Assembly (NCBI GenBank): GCA_963804645.1
Contig: CAWDRG010000009.1
Span: forward strand, 608,001-672,000
Source of the DNA: an uncultured Bacillota bacterium
Lineage (GTDB): Bacteria > Sysuimicrobiota > Sysuimicrobiia > Sysuimicrobiales > Segetimicrobiaceae
Direction: 5' to 3'
DNA: 64,000 nucleotides
A model generated the notes under the pieces. It saw only the letters and a list, made by a program, of their open reading frames with translations. It did no database searches and was not told the DNA's origin. How positions within the stretch are numbered: position 1 is the first letter of the stretch; each line of letters begins with the position of its first letter. Shown here one piece after another: positions 46,708-55,655 of the stretch. The translations under genes were made by a program, and so were the position numbers.

Positions 46708-47703
46708 CTACGCGGCGCCGCCCCAGCGGATCGTGCACGCGCCCCACGTGTAGCCGGCCCCGAACGCCACCATCACGCCGAGGTCCCCGGGCCGCACGCG
46801 GCCGGCCTCGATCGCCTCGTACAGCGCCACCGGGATCGACGCCGACGACGTGTTGCCGTACCGCTGCACGTTCACGAAAAACTTACTCTTCGGCACGCCC
46901 AGCCGGACCGCGACGGAGTCGATGATCCTGAGGTTCGCCTGGTGCGGAATGACGAAGTCCACGTCGTCCGCGGTGAGGTGGGCGCGGCGCAGCGCCTCGC
47001 CGACGGCTTTCGGCATCTGCTGGACCGCGAACTTGTAGACCTCCGTGCCGTTCATCGCGAGAAAGTGCTCCCCGCGCTCGACCGTCTCGAGCGACGCCGG
47101 CGAGCGGCTGCCGCCGGCGCGCATGTGCAGGTGGTGCCGCCCCTCGCCGTTGCCGCCCAGCACGAATGACAGGAATCCGGACCCCGCCTTGGCGGGCCGG
47201 ACGACGGCCGCGCCCGCCGCGTCGCCGAAGAGCACGCACGTCGACCGGTCGCGCCAGTTGGTGATGCGGGAGAGCGTGTCGGCGCCGACCACGAGGACGG
47301 TCTCGGCCTGGTCGGACATGATCGCGCCGTGCGCGGCGCTCAGCGCGTAGACGAAGCTCGAGCACGCGGACGACACGTCGAGACAGCCCACGGTGCGCGC
47401 GCCGAGCCGCTCCTGCAGCAGACACGAGACGTTCGGGAACGACGTGTCCGGGGTCGCCGTGCCGACGATGATCAGGTCGAGGTCGCTCGCGCCCACGCCC
47501 GCCGCGGCGAGCGCCTCGGTCGCCGCCCCGAAGGCCAAGTCGGAACTCGCCTCCTCGGGCGCCGCGATCCGGCGCTCCTGGATGCCGGTGTGGCTCCGGA
47601 TCCATTCATCGGTGGAGTCGATCGTTGGGGCGAGCTCGGCGTTCGTGACGACCCGTGCGGGGACATACCGTCCCATGCCCACGATCGTGGATCCGCTGTG
47701 CAT
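46708..47703 (-). CDS. fabH: 3-oxoacyl-ACP synthase III
   Basis: SACSSF (Cys), LFGDAAGA, PHQAN (His), GNTSSASIP (Asn), FGAGYTWG. Confidence 0.92.
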   Translation of the reverse strand: MHSGSTIVGMGRYVPARVVTNAELAPTIDSTDEWIRSHTGIQERRIAAPEEASSDLAFGAATEALAAAGVGASDLDLIIVGTATPDTSFPNVSCLLQERLGARTVGCLDVSSACSSFVYALSAAHGAIMSDQAETVLVVGADTLSRITNWRDRSTCVLFGDAAGAAVVRPAKAGSGFLSFVLGGNGEGRHHLHMRAGGSRSPASLETVERGEHFLAMNGTEVYKFAVQQMPKAVGEALRRAHLTADDVDFVIPHQANLRIIDSVAVRLGVPKSKFFVNVQRYGNTSSASIPVALYEAIEAGRVRPGDLGVMVAFGAGYTWGACTIRWGGAA

Positions 47704-48014
47704 CTCGCTGCCCTCGTCGTCGGTTCGTATGCGGCGCGTCCTGTCCGGCGGGTCGTGCGCGGGCACACGTGAACCCAGCACCACACTCCCGGCAAGGATG
47801 ACTGAGGCCGCCCGGCGTCAGGCCCCGAGGCCAGCTCGGCTTCCCCGTCTACTTCGAGACGGACGGGCCGGACCCTCCGCGCGGGCGCGTCTACTTGTTA
47901 ATGCCCGCGGGGGCGGAGGACCGGCGCGCCACGCGCCCGAATCCTACGCCCGCCGGCCCGGCCGCGCCGCGCGCCGCCGGGCCGGTCGAGGACCGCACGC
48001 GGGAGGATGAGCCG

Positions 48015-48467
48015 GTGAGCCTGTACTACGAGGACGTGGAGATCGGGACGGTGTACGAGAGCCCCGGCCGCACCATCACCGAGTCGGACGTCGTCGCGTT
48101 CGCCGCGCTGTCGGGCGATTGGAACCGGATCCACACCGACGCGGAATACGCGAAGACGACGCCGTTCGGGCAGCGGATCGCCCACGGACTGCTGGGCATC
48201 GCGATCGCCTCGGGCCTGGCCGTGCGGCTCGGAACGTTCGCCGACACCACGATCGCCATGCTGGGGGTGGAGTGGACGTTCCGCGCACCGGTATTCATCG
48301 GGGACACCGTGCACCTGCGCATCCGCGTCGTCTCGAAGCGCCGCACGTCCCGCGGCACCCGCGGGCTCGTCGTGCGGCGCCTCGAGCTCCTGAACCAGCA
48401 GGGTGCGGTGGTGCAGGACGGCACGATCTCCCTGATGGTCACGGCGCGCTCGGCGGAGGGTGAATGA
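48015..48467 (+). CDS. MaoC-family (R)-specific dehydratase
   Basis: FAALSGDWNRIHTD, RIAHG, PVFIGDT. Confidence 0.9.
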   Translation: MSLYYEDVEIGTVYESPGRTITESDVVAFAALSGDWNRIHTDAEYAKTTPFGQRIAHGLLGIAIASGLAVRLGTFADTTIAMLGVEWTFRAPVFIGDTVHLRIRVVSKRRTSRGTRGLVVRRLELLNQQGAVVQDGTISLMVTARSAEGE

Positions 48468-49213
48468 TGGATCCCCTGCTGCGCGCGCGGCACGCGCTGG
48501 TGACGGGCGGCGGATCCGGGATCGGCCGGGCGATCGCGCTGCGCTTCGCGGAGGAGGGCGCGCACGTCTTCATCCTCGATCTGAACGACGAGGCCGCGCG
48601 GGAAACCGCGGACGCGGTGGCCGCGCTGGGGCGCACGTCCGGGTGGGCCCGCGCCGACGTCGCCGACGCGCGGCAGGTCGCCGCGGGGGTCGAGGCTGCG
48701 GAGGCGCGGCTCGGCCACCTCGACACGCTGGTGAACAACGCCGGGATCACGCGGGACGCGACGATCGCGAAGCTTGCCGAGGCGGACTGGGACCTCGTGC
48801 TTGGCGTCCACCTCAAAGGCACGTTTCTCTGCACCCAGGCGGCGGCGCCGCGCCTGCGCGCGGCCGGGGGCGGCGCGATCGTCAACATCTCGTCGATCTC
48901 CGGCAAGATCGGCAACTTCGGCCAGGCGAACTACGCGTCCGCGAAAGCCGGGATCGTGGCCCTGACCAAGGTGACGGCCCGCGAGTACGCCCGCTACGGC
49001 GTGCGCGCGAACGCGATCCAGCCTGGGCTGGTCGACACGGCGATGACGCGCGTCATGACGCCGGAGATGATCGCCCAGCGTGTCAAGGACACCCCGCTCG
49101 GCCGCATCGGGAAACCGGAAGACATCGCCAGCGTCGCGCTGTTCCTCGCGAGCGACCTCGCCGCGTTCGTGACGGGCGCGGTCATCGAGGTGACCGGCGG
49201 GCGGTTTATGTGA
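48464..49213 (+). CDS. Short-chain dehydrogenase/reductase (FabG-like)
   Basis: TGGGSGIG, NNAGITRD, GNFGQANYASAK (YxxxK). Confidence 0.92.
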   Translation: MMDPLLRARHALVTGGGSGIGRAIALRFAEEGAHVFILDLNDEAARETADAVAALGRTSGWARADVADARQVAAGVEAAEARLGHLDTLVNNAGITRDATIAKLAEADWDLVLGVHLKGTFLCTQAAAPRLRAAGGGAIVNISSISGKIGNFGQANYASAKAGIVALTKVTAREYARYGVRANAIQPGLVDTAMTRVMTPEMIAQRVKDTPLGRIGKPEDIASVALFLASDLAAFVTGAVIEVTGGRFM

Positions 49214-49299
49214 CCACCCGGCCCGCGGCGGCGACAGGGACCCGTGCCGCCCCCGGAGAATCCGCGAGAGGTGCCTGACCCCTGCCGCTCGGTGAGCGG

Positions 49300-50535
49300 T
49301 TGACTTCCGATTCCCCGACTCCAGCCAAGCCCGTTCCACCGCCATCGCCCGCGGGCGGCGCGGCCCACATGCACACGCTGCTCACGGTCAACAACGCGCT
49401 GTCGGCGGCGTCATCGGCCGCGATGGCGATCGTGACCCCGTTCGTGCCGCTCGACATCGCCGCCCAGGGCGGATCCGACATCGTGATCGGGATGGCGGTC
49501 GGCGCCGCCGGCCTGCTGCCGCTCCTGCTGTCGGTCCACGTGGGCGCGCTGGTGGACGAGCGCGGCGTCGTCTTCGTGTCGAAGGCGGCGGTCGTGATCT
49601 ATGTCGTCGCCGGCGTGCTCCTGGTCGCCGGGCACAGCATCCCCGCGGTCACGGTGGCGTACGCGCTCATGGGGGTCGGCAGCATCGCGATGGTCGTCGC
49701 CACCCAGACCGTGATCGCCGCCGTCAGCGATCCATCCTCGCGCATCCGAAACTTCGGCTACTATTCGGTGTGGAGCGCGGCCGGGTCGATCATTGGGCCG
49801 GTCGGCGGCGGCTTCGTCGCCCAGCAGTGGGGGTTTCAGGCGGCGTTCGCGCTGGTGCTGGTCTGCATGGTGCCGGCCTATCCGCTCGCGGCGCTGATGC
49901 GGTCGGCGCCCAAGGCGCCGCGGCACACGGTGTCGCTCGCGACGGCGCACACGCACACGGGCACCGTGTGGCGGCAGGCCGGGGTGCCCGCGATCCTGAT
50001 CATCTGCTTCATCGTCGTGTGCGGCCAAACGCTGAAGCAGTCGTTCTTCTCGATCTATCTGCAGAAGGTCGGGCTCTCGGCGACCCTGATCGGGCTCGCC
50101 TACGCCGCGGACAGCCTGTGTCAGGTGGTGGTGCGCCCGGCGCTCGGCCCGAACGTGGTGCGGTTCGGCTACGGGACGCTGCTCGTGGCCGCCACCGCGA
50201 TGTCGGCGGTCGCGCTCGGGGTGACGCCGCTCCTGCACACGTTCTGGCCGCTCGTGCTCGCGTCCGGGCTGATGGGAGTGAGCACGGGCGTGACCCAACC
50301 GGCGACGATGAGCATGATGGCCGAGGCGGTCGGCGCGGAGTTCTGGGGGCTCGCGATGGGCATCCGCCAGGTCGCGCAGCGCTCGGCGTCCGTGCTGAGC
50401 CCGATCGTGTTCGGGGTGATCATCAATGTGTCGGGCATCGAGGCCGCGTTTTACGTCGGCGCCGCGGTGCTGGCGGGCAGCGTACCGATCGTCGGCAGCC
50501 TGACGCGGCAGTTTGGGGCTGAGCGGAGGGACTAG
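49300..50535 (+). CDS. MFS transporter
   Basis: About 12 hydrophobic segments, GALVDERG motif A; start uncertain (49300 or 49369). Confidence 0.85.
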   Translation: MTSDSPTPAKPVPPPSPAGGAAHMHTLLTVNNALSAASSAAMAIVTPFVPLDIAAQGGSDIVIGMAVGAAGLLPLLLSVHVGALVDERGVVFVSKAAVVIYVVAGVLLVAGHSIPAVTVAYALMGVGSIAMVVATQTVIAAVSDPSSRIRNFGYYSVWSAAGSIIGPVGGGFVAQQWGFQAAFALVLVCMVPAYPLAALMRSAPKAPRHTVSLATAHTHTGTVWRQAGVPAILIICFIVVCGQTLKQSFFSIYLQKVGLSATLIGLAYAADSLCQVVVRPALGPNVVRFGYGTLLVAATAMSAVALGVTPLLHTFWPLVLASGLMGVSTGVTQPATMSMMAEAVGAEFWGLAMGIRQVAQRSASVLSPIVFGVIINVSGIEAAFYVGAAVLAGSVPIVGSLTRQFGAERRD

Positions 50536-50640
50536 TTCTTGCCCGGCCGGTCGCGCGGCAGACAGGCCGGGGCGCCCACTGACTCGCGCGCCGCCAACAC
50601 GCCCGGCGTCACATAGGCGTGTTGGCGGCGGAGATTCCTG

Positions 50641-50799
50641 TCAGCGCGCGGCTTTGCGTACGGTCCGCGTGGCCTTTCGCGCCGTGCGACGCACCTTGCG
50701 TGTGGTCACCCGTGCGACCTTGCGTCCGGTGCGGCGTACAACGCGCTTGACTTTGCGGGCAGTGCGGCGAACCGTTCGGCTCGGTGAGGTATCGGTCAT
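50641..50799 (-). CDS. 52-aa Arg/Lys-rich repeat microprotein (protamine / histone-H1-like composition)
   Basis: AAAAGGAG RBS; MTDTSPSRTVRRTARKVKRVVRRTGRKVARVTTRKVRRTARKATRTVRKAAR; fills an intergenic gap; too short for the ORF track. Confidence 0.7.
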   Translation of the reverse strand: MTDTSPSRTVRRTARKVKRVVRRTGRKVARVTTRKVRRTARKATRTVRKAAR

Positions 50800-50966
50800 G
50801 TTTCATCTCCTTTTTACGCGAAGTGTGGTTCGTAGTTCCCTTCTTCGGCCGCGCAAGAATTCCTGCGTGCGCGCACGGCGTTGTCCGCGCCGCCGCGCAC
50901 ACAGGGGCCGGCCGCGCTCCCGCAGAACGCTACAGCAAGGTCGCGGTTTCCCAGGGGTGGGCTTAG

Positions 50967-52148
50967 ATGGATGATCTGAACGCGCTGAAGCGCAGGGTGC
51001 GCGGCACCGTGGACGAGATGCGGGACGTATTGGTCTCGCTCAGCCGGCGGATCCACGAGACGCCCGAGCTCGGGATGCAGGAGCGCCAGGCGGCGCAGTG
51101 GCTGACCGCGATGTTGCGCGACGCCGGGTTCGAGGTCACGCAGCCGATCGCGGGCATGGAGACGGCGTTCCGGGCCGACGTGCCCGGGTCGGCGTCGCGG
51201 CCGCACGTCGCGCTGCTCGCGGAGTACGACGCGCTGGCCGGGGTCGGGCACGCGTGCGGGCACAACCTGATCTGCATGGCGAGCGTCGGCGCCGCGGTCG
51301 CGCTCCACCGCGCGATTCCGCGGCTGCCCGGCACGCTGACCGTGCTTGGGACGCCCGCCGAGGAGACCGCGGGCGGCAAGGTGCCGATGGTCGAGCAGGG
51401 CGTGTTCGACGGCGTCGACGCCGCGATGATGTTCCATCCGTCGAAGTCCAACTGGTGGGTGCGCGGCGCGTTGGCCGCGCAGGGGCTCACGATCACGTTC
51501 CACGGGCGGTCGTCCCACGCCGCCGCGGCGCCGGAGAAGGGCATCAACGCGCTCAACGCGCTGCTCCTGACGTACCACGCGATCGACTCGCTGCGGCAGC
51601 ACGTCACGAGCGACGTGCGCATCCACGGGGTCATCACGCACGGCGGCGACGCGGCCAACGTGGTGCCGGCGCTCGCGGTCGGGGAGTTTCTCGTGCGCGC
51701 GAACACCCAGGCGGCGCTCGTCGGCGTCATGGCCCAGGTCCAGCGCTGCGCGGAGGGCGCGGCGGTCGCGACCGGCGCGCGCGTCGAGATGAAGACGGGC
51801 GCCGTCTACGCCGAGCGCAACAACAACCGCACGCTCGCCGGACTGTTCGGCGACAACATGCGCGAGGTCGGCGTCGAGGGTGAGGAGCCGGCCGCGTCCG
51901 GCGGCGTCGGGTCGTCCGACATCGGCAACGTCAGCCTCGTGGTACCGACGATTCACCCGTACGTGAAGATCACCGACGACGCGGCCGGGCACACGCCCGA
52001 GTTTCGCGAGGCGTCGGCGTCCGAGCGCGGCTACACCGCGATGCTGAACGCCGCGAAGGGCCTCGCCACGACGGCGCTCGACGTCATGTACCGCCCCGGG
52101 GCCGTGGACGAGCTGTGGGCGGAGTTCCACGCGAGCCAGCGGCGCTGA
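50967..52148 (+). CDS. M20 family amidohydrolase (PM20D2/Acy1L2-like)
   Basis: AEYDAL...HACGHN, GTPAEE, MMFHP, GSSDIGNVS, GHT. Confidence 0.9.
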   Translation: MDDLNALKRRVRGTVDEMRDVLVSLSRRIHETPELGMQERQAAQWLTAMLRDAGFEVTQPIAGMETAFRADVPGSASRPHVALLAEYDALAGVGHACGHNLICMASVGAAVALHRAIPRLPGTLTVLGTPAEETAGGKVPMVEQGVFDGVDAAMMFHPSKSNWWVRGALAAQGLTITFHGRSSHAAAAPEKGINALNALLLTYHAIDSLRQHVTSDVRIHGVITHGGDAANVVPALAVGEFLVRANTQAALVGVMAQVQRCAEGAAVATGARVEMKTGAVYAERNNNRTLAGLFGDNMREVGVEGEEPAASGGVGSSDIGNVSLVVPTIHPYVKITDDAAGHTPEFREASASERGYTAMLNAAKGLATTALDVMYRPGAVDELWAEFHASQRR

Positions 52149-52214
52149 TGTCCCCCGCGCCCGGGACCACGCTCGGATCGACGCTCGCCCGACGCTAGGA
52201 CAGGAGGAGCCCCA

Positions 52215-53363
52215 GTGCCGACGGATCCCCGTGACGCAGCACGCTCCGCGCCGGTCGCGGCGCCGGAGCGTGCGGAGGCGCCGCCGTCGCGGCCGCGCCT
52301 CTACCAGCCGATGGTCCTCCGCGGCGTGACGCTGCGGAATCGCATCGTTGTGTCCCCGATGTGCCAGTACTCGTGCGAGGCGCACGACGGCATGGCGACC
52401 CCCTGGCACCTGGTCCATCTCGGCACCCGGGCGGTCGGCGGCGCGGGACTCGTCTTCTCCGAGGCCTCCGCGGTGGCGCCCGAGGGCCGCATCGCACCCG
52501 AGGATCTCGGGATCTGGTCCGACGCGCACGGCGACGCGCTCGCGCCGATCGCGGCGTTCGTCCGGGCGCAGGGTGCTGCGGTGGGCATCCAGCTGGCCCA
52601 TGCGGGGCGCAAGGCCAGCACCGCGCGCCCGTGGGAGGGCGGGAAGGCCGTCCCGGACGACCGCGGCGGCTGGACCCCGATCGCACCGAGCGCGGTCCCC
52701 TTCAGTGACACGTACCGCGTACCGCATGAGATGACCGAGCGCGACATCGCCGACGCGGTCCGGGCGTTCGCGGCGGCGGCGGCGCGGGCGCGCCGCGCGG
52801 GCTTCGACGTGGTCGAGCTGCACGCGGCTCACGGGTACTTGTTCCACGAGTTCCTGTCGCCGCTCTCGAACCGGCGGACCGACCGCTACGGCGGCGGCTT
52901 CGAGAACCGCGCGCGGTTTCTGCTCGAGGCCGTGGACGCGGTGCGCGCGGCGTGGCCGGACGACCGGCCGCTGTTCGTGCGCCTCTCCGCGACCGACTGG
53001 GTCCCCGACGGTTGGGACGCGGAGCAGAGCGTCGCGCTGGCACGGACGCTCGCTGCGCACGGCGTGGATGTGGTCGACGTCTCGAGCGGCGGCACGTCGC
53101 CGGCCCAGCAGGTCCCGCTCGGGCCCGGGTATCAGGTGCCGTTCGCCGAGCGGATCCGGCGCGAGGCGGGCGTCCCGACGATGGCGGTGGGATTGATCAC
53201 GTCGGCCGAGCAGGGGGAAGAGATCCTCGCCCGGGGCCAGGCCGACCTGATCGCGATGGCGAGAGAGCTGCTGCGTAATCCCTACTTCCCGCTGCACGGG
53301 GCCCAGGCACTCGGCAGCCCCGACGCCGCGCCGTGGCCGCCGCAGTACGTGCGCGCGAAATGA
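52215..53363 (+). CDS. NADH:flavin oxidoreductase / old yellow enzyme (YqjM/NamA-like)
   Basis: NRIVVSPMCQYS, QLAHAGRKAS, HAAHGYL, ARELLRNPY. Confidence 0.92.
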   Translation: MPTDPRDAARSAPVAAPERAEAPPSRPRLYQPMVLRGVTLRNRIVVSPMCQYSCEAHDGMATPWHLVHLGTRAVGGAGLVFSEASAVAPEGRIAPEDLGIWSDAHGDALAPIAAFVRAQGAAVGIQLAHAGRKASTARPWEGGKAVPDDRGGWTPIAPSAVPFSDTYRVPHEMTERDIADAVRAFAAAAARARRAGFDVVELHAAHGYLFHEFLSPLSNRRTDRYGGGFENRARFLLEAVDAVRAAWPDDRPLFVRLSATDWVPDGWDAEQSVALARTLAAHGVDVVDVSSGGTSPAQQVPLGPGYQVPFAERIRREAGVPTMAVGLITSAEQGEEILARGQADLIAMARELLRNPYFPLHGAQALGSPDAAPWPPQYVRAK

Positions 53364-53448
53364 CCGCCGTGCCGGCGGATCAGATCGCGAACATCTCCGG
53401 CGTCGCGGCGCTCGTGCGGCGCGCGATCGGGCCGGCGTAGCACGAGCC

Positions 53449-54408
53449 ATGCCGACGACGGCGACCAGCCTGGACGATATCCGCGCCGCGCGGGAGGTCA
53501 TCCGGGGGCGGCTGCACCGCACCCCGATGCTGACCTCGCGCATCCTCGGCGAGCGCGCGGGCGTGCAACTTTTCCTCAAGGCGGAGAATCTTCAGAAGAC
53601 TGGGGCGTTCAAGGTGCGCGGCGTCCTGAACAAGCTCCACCACCTGTCGGACGAGGAGAAGCGGCGCGGCCTGATCACGATTTCCGCGGGCAACCACGGC
53701 CAGGCGCTGGCCTACGCCGCGGGCGTCGAAGGCCTGCGCGCCACGATCGTGATGCCGGGGAACGCGCGGGCGACGAAAGTTGCGGCGTGCAAGACGTACG
53801 GCGCGGAAGTGATCGTCGGCGGGACCGTGCACGAGGCGTTCGAGACGGTCGAGGAACTCCGGCGGACGCGCGCGCTCACCCTCGTCCACCCGTACAACGA
53901 TCCATTCGTCATCGCGGGCCAGGGCACCGTCGGCCTTGAGATCCTGGAGGACGTGCCCGACGTCGACGTCGTCTACGTCGGGATCGGCGGCGGCGGGCTG
54001 ATCTCGGGGGTCGCGGCCGCGATCAAGCTGAGCCGCCCCGGCGCGCGGGTGATCGGGGTCGAACCCGAGGGCGCGCCCACGCTCACCGCGGCGCTCCGGG
54101 AGCACGCGCCGGTGCGGCTCGAGACCGTGCACACGATCGCGGACGGCCTGAGCGCTCCCATCGCGGGCGAGCTGACGCTCGCGGCGGTCGAACGGTTCGT
54201 CGACGAGGTCGTGCTGGTGTCCGACGCCGAGATCGCCGAGGCGATGACGCTGCTGCTGCAGTACGCGAAGCTCCTCGTCGAACCGGCCGGGGCCGCGGGG
54301 CTCGCCGCGCTGCTCGCCGGCCGGGGCGCGCCGCCCCGAGGGGGCCGCGCCGTCGCCCTGCTGAGCGGCGGCAACGTCGACCTCAGCCTCCTCAAGGACC
54401 TGCTCTGA
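53449..54408 (+). CDS. PLP-dependent threonine/serine dehydratase family
   Basis: ENLQKTGAFKVRG, SAGNHGQ, GGGGLISG, EPAGA, SGGN. Confidence 0.9.
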   Translation: MPTTATSLDDIRAAREVIRGRLHRTPMLTSRILGERAGVQLFLKAENLQKTGAFKVRGVLNKLHHLSDEEKRRGLITISAGNHGQALAYAAGVEGLRATIVMPGNARATKVAACKTYGAEVIVGGTVHEAFETVEELRRTRALTLVHPYNDPFVIAGQGTVGLEILEDVPDVDVVYVGIGGGGLISGVAAAIKLSRPGARVIGVEPEGAPTLTAALREHAPVRLETVHTIADGLSAPIAGELTLAAVERFVDEVVLVSDAEIAEAMTLLLQYAKLLVEPAGAAGLAALLAGRGAPPRGGRAVALLSGGNVDLSLLKDLL

Positions 54409-54427
54409 GCGGGCGCACGCGCCGCTG

Positions 54428-55615
54428 ATGAAGATCACCCGCGTCGACTGCCACGTGCTGCTCGATCCTGGGATGGACACGGGCGCGACCAGTTCGGCGC
54501 AGGACGACCTCGTCGTGGAGATCCACACCGACGAGGGTCTCACCGGCCTCGGCGAGACCGACTGCAATCCCTGGATCGCCCGCGCGTGCATCGAGGCGCC
54601 GGGCACGCACACGATGGGGCTCGGGCTCACCGAGATGCTGGTCGGCGCGGACCCGCTCGCGGTCGAGGCCCTGTGGGAGCGGCTGTACGTGGGCTCGGCG
54701 ATGAACGGCCGCCGGGGGGCGCTGATCCACGCGCTCGGCGCGATCGACATCGCGCTGCACGACCTTCGCGGCAAGGCGCTCGGGAAGCCGTGCTGGGAGC
54801 TGCTCGGGCCGGCGCGGGCCGACCCGATCGTGCCGTACGCCTCGCTGCAGCCCGACGTCTCGGGGTTCGACGCGTACGTCGCCGCGGTGGTCGACTGGGC
54901 GCGCGACGCGCAGCGCCGCGGTTTCACCGCGGCGAAGCTGGAGATCACTCCGGCGGGCCCGTACGCGCACAAGGGACTCCGCGCGCCGTACGCACGGATG
55001 CGGGAGCCGCTCGCCGCGGTGCGAGAGGCGGTCGGGCCGGCGTTCACGCTCATGGTCGACGTGCAGTACGCGTTTCCGGACGCCGACACGTGCCTCCGGA
55101 CGATCCGCGGCTGGGAGGAGTACGATGTGCGGTTCCTGGAGACTCCGCTGCCGTCCGACGACCTGGACGGGTATGCGCGGGTGAGCCGCGAGCAGCCGAT
55201 CCCGATCGCCGCCGGGGAGTGGCTCGCGACCCGGTTCGAGTTTCTCGAGCTGATGGACCGGGGACGGATCGGGGTCGTCCAGCCGGACGTCGGCCGGGTC
55301 GGCGGGCTCACCGAGGCCCGCCGGGTGTGCACCCTCGCCGGGCAGCGCGGTCTCCCGATCGTGCCGCACGCGTGGAAGACCGGGATCTCCATCGCCGCGG
55401 CCGCGCACCTGGCGCGGGCGACGCCGCACTGCGCCTTCATCGAGTTCCTCCCGGCGGAGCTGTGCGAGTCTGCGCTGCGCCGGGATCTCGTGCGGCGGGG
55501 CCCGGAGATGGTGGACGGCGCCGTCCGGCTGCCGGACGCGCCGGGCCTTGGTGTGGAGCTGAACCGGGACGCGCTCGAACAATTCAAGGAGGCGGCCGCA
55601 CGGCGCGGCCGCTAG
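54428..55615 (+). CDS. Mandelate racemase / muconate lactonizing enzyme family (enolase superfamily)
   Basis: DIALHDLRGK, MVD, LETP, AGE, QPD, PH, PGLGVE. Confidence 0.9.
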   Translation: MKITRVDCHVLLDPGMDTGATSSAQDDLVVEIHTDEGLTGLGETDCNPWIARACIEAPGTHTMGLGLTEMLVGADPLAVEALWERLYVGSAMNGRRGALIHALGAIDIALHDLRGKALGKPCWELLGPARADPIVPYASLQPDVSGFDAYVAAVVDWARDAQRRGFTAAKLEITPAGPYAHKGLRAPYARMREPLAAVREAVGPAFTLMVDVQYAFPDADTCLRTIRGWEEYDVRFLETPLPSDDLDGYARVSREQPIPIAAGEWLATRFEFLELMDRGRIGVVQPDVGRVGGLTEARRVCTLAGQRGLPIVPHAWKTGISIAAAAHLARATPHCAFIEFLPAELCESALRRDLVRRGPEMVDGAVRLPDAPGLGVELNRDALEQFKEAAARRGR

Positions 55616-55655
55616 TCGGAACGCCCGCACCCCGTGCGGGGAGAGAGGAGACGGC

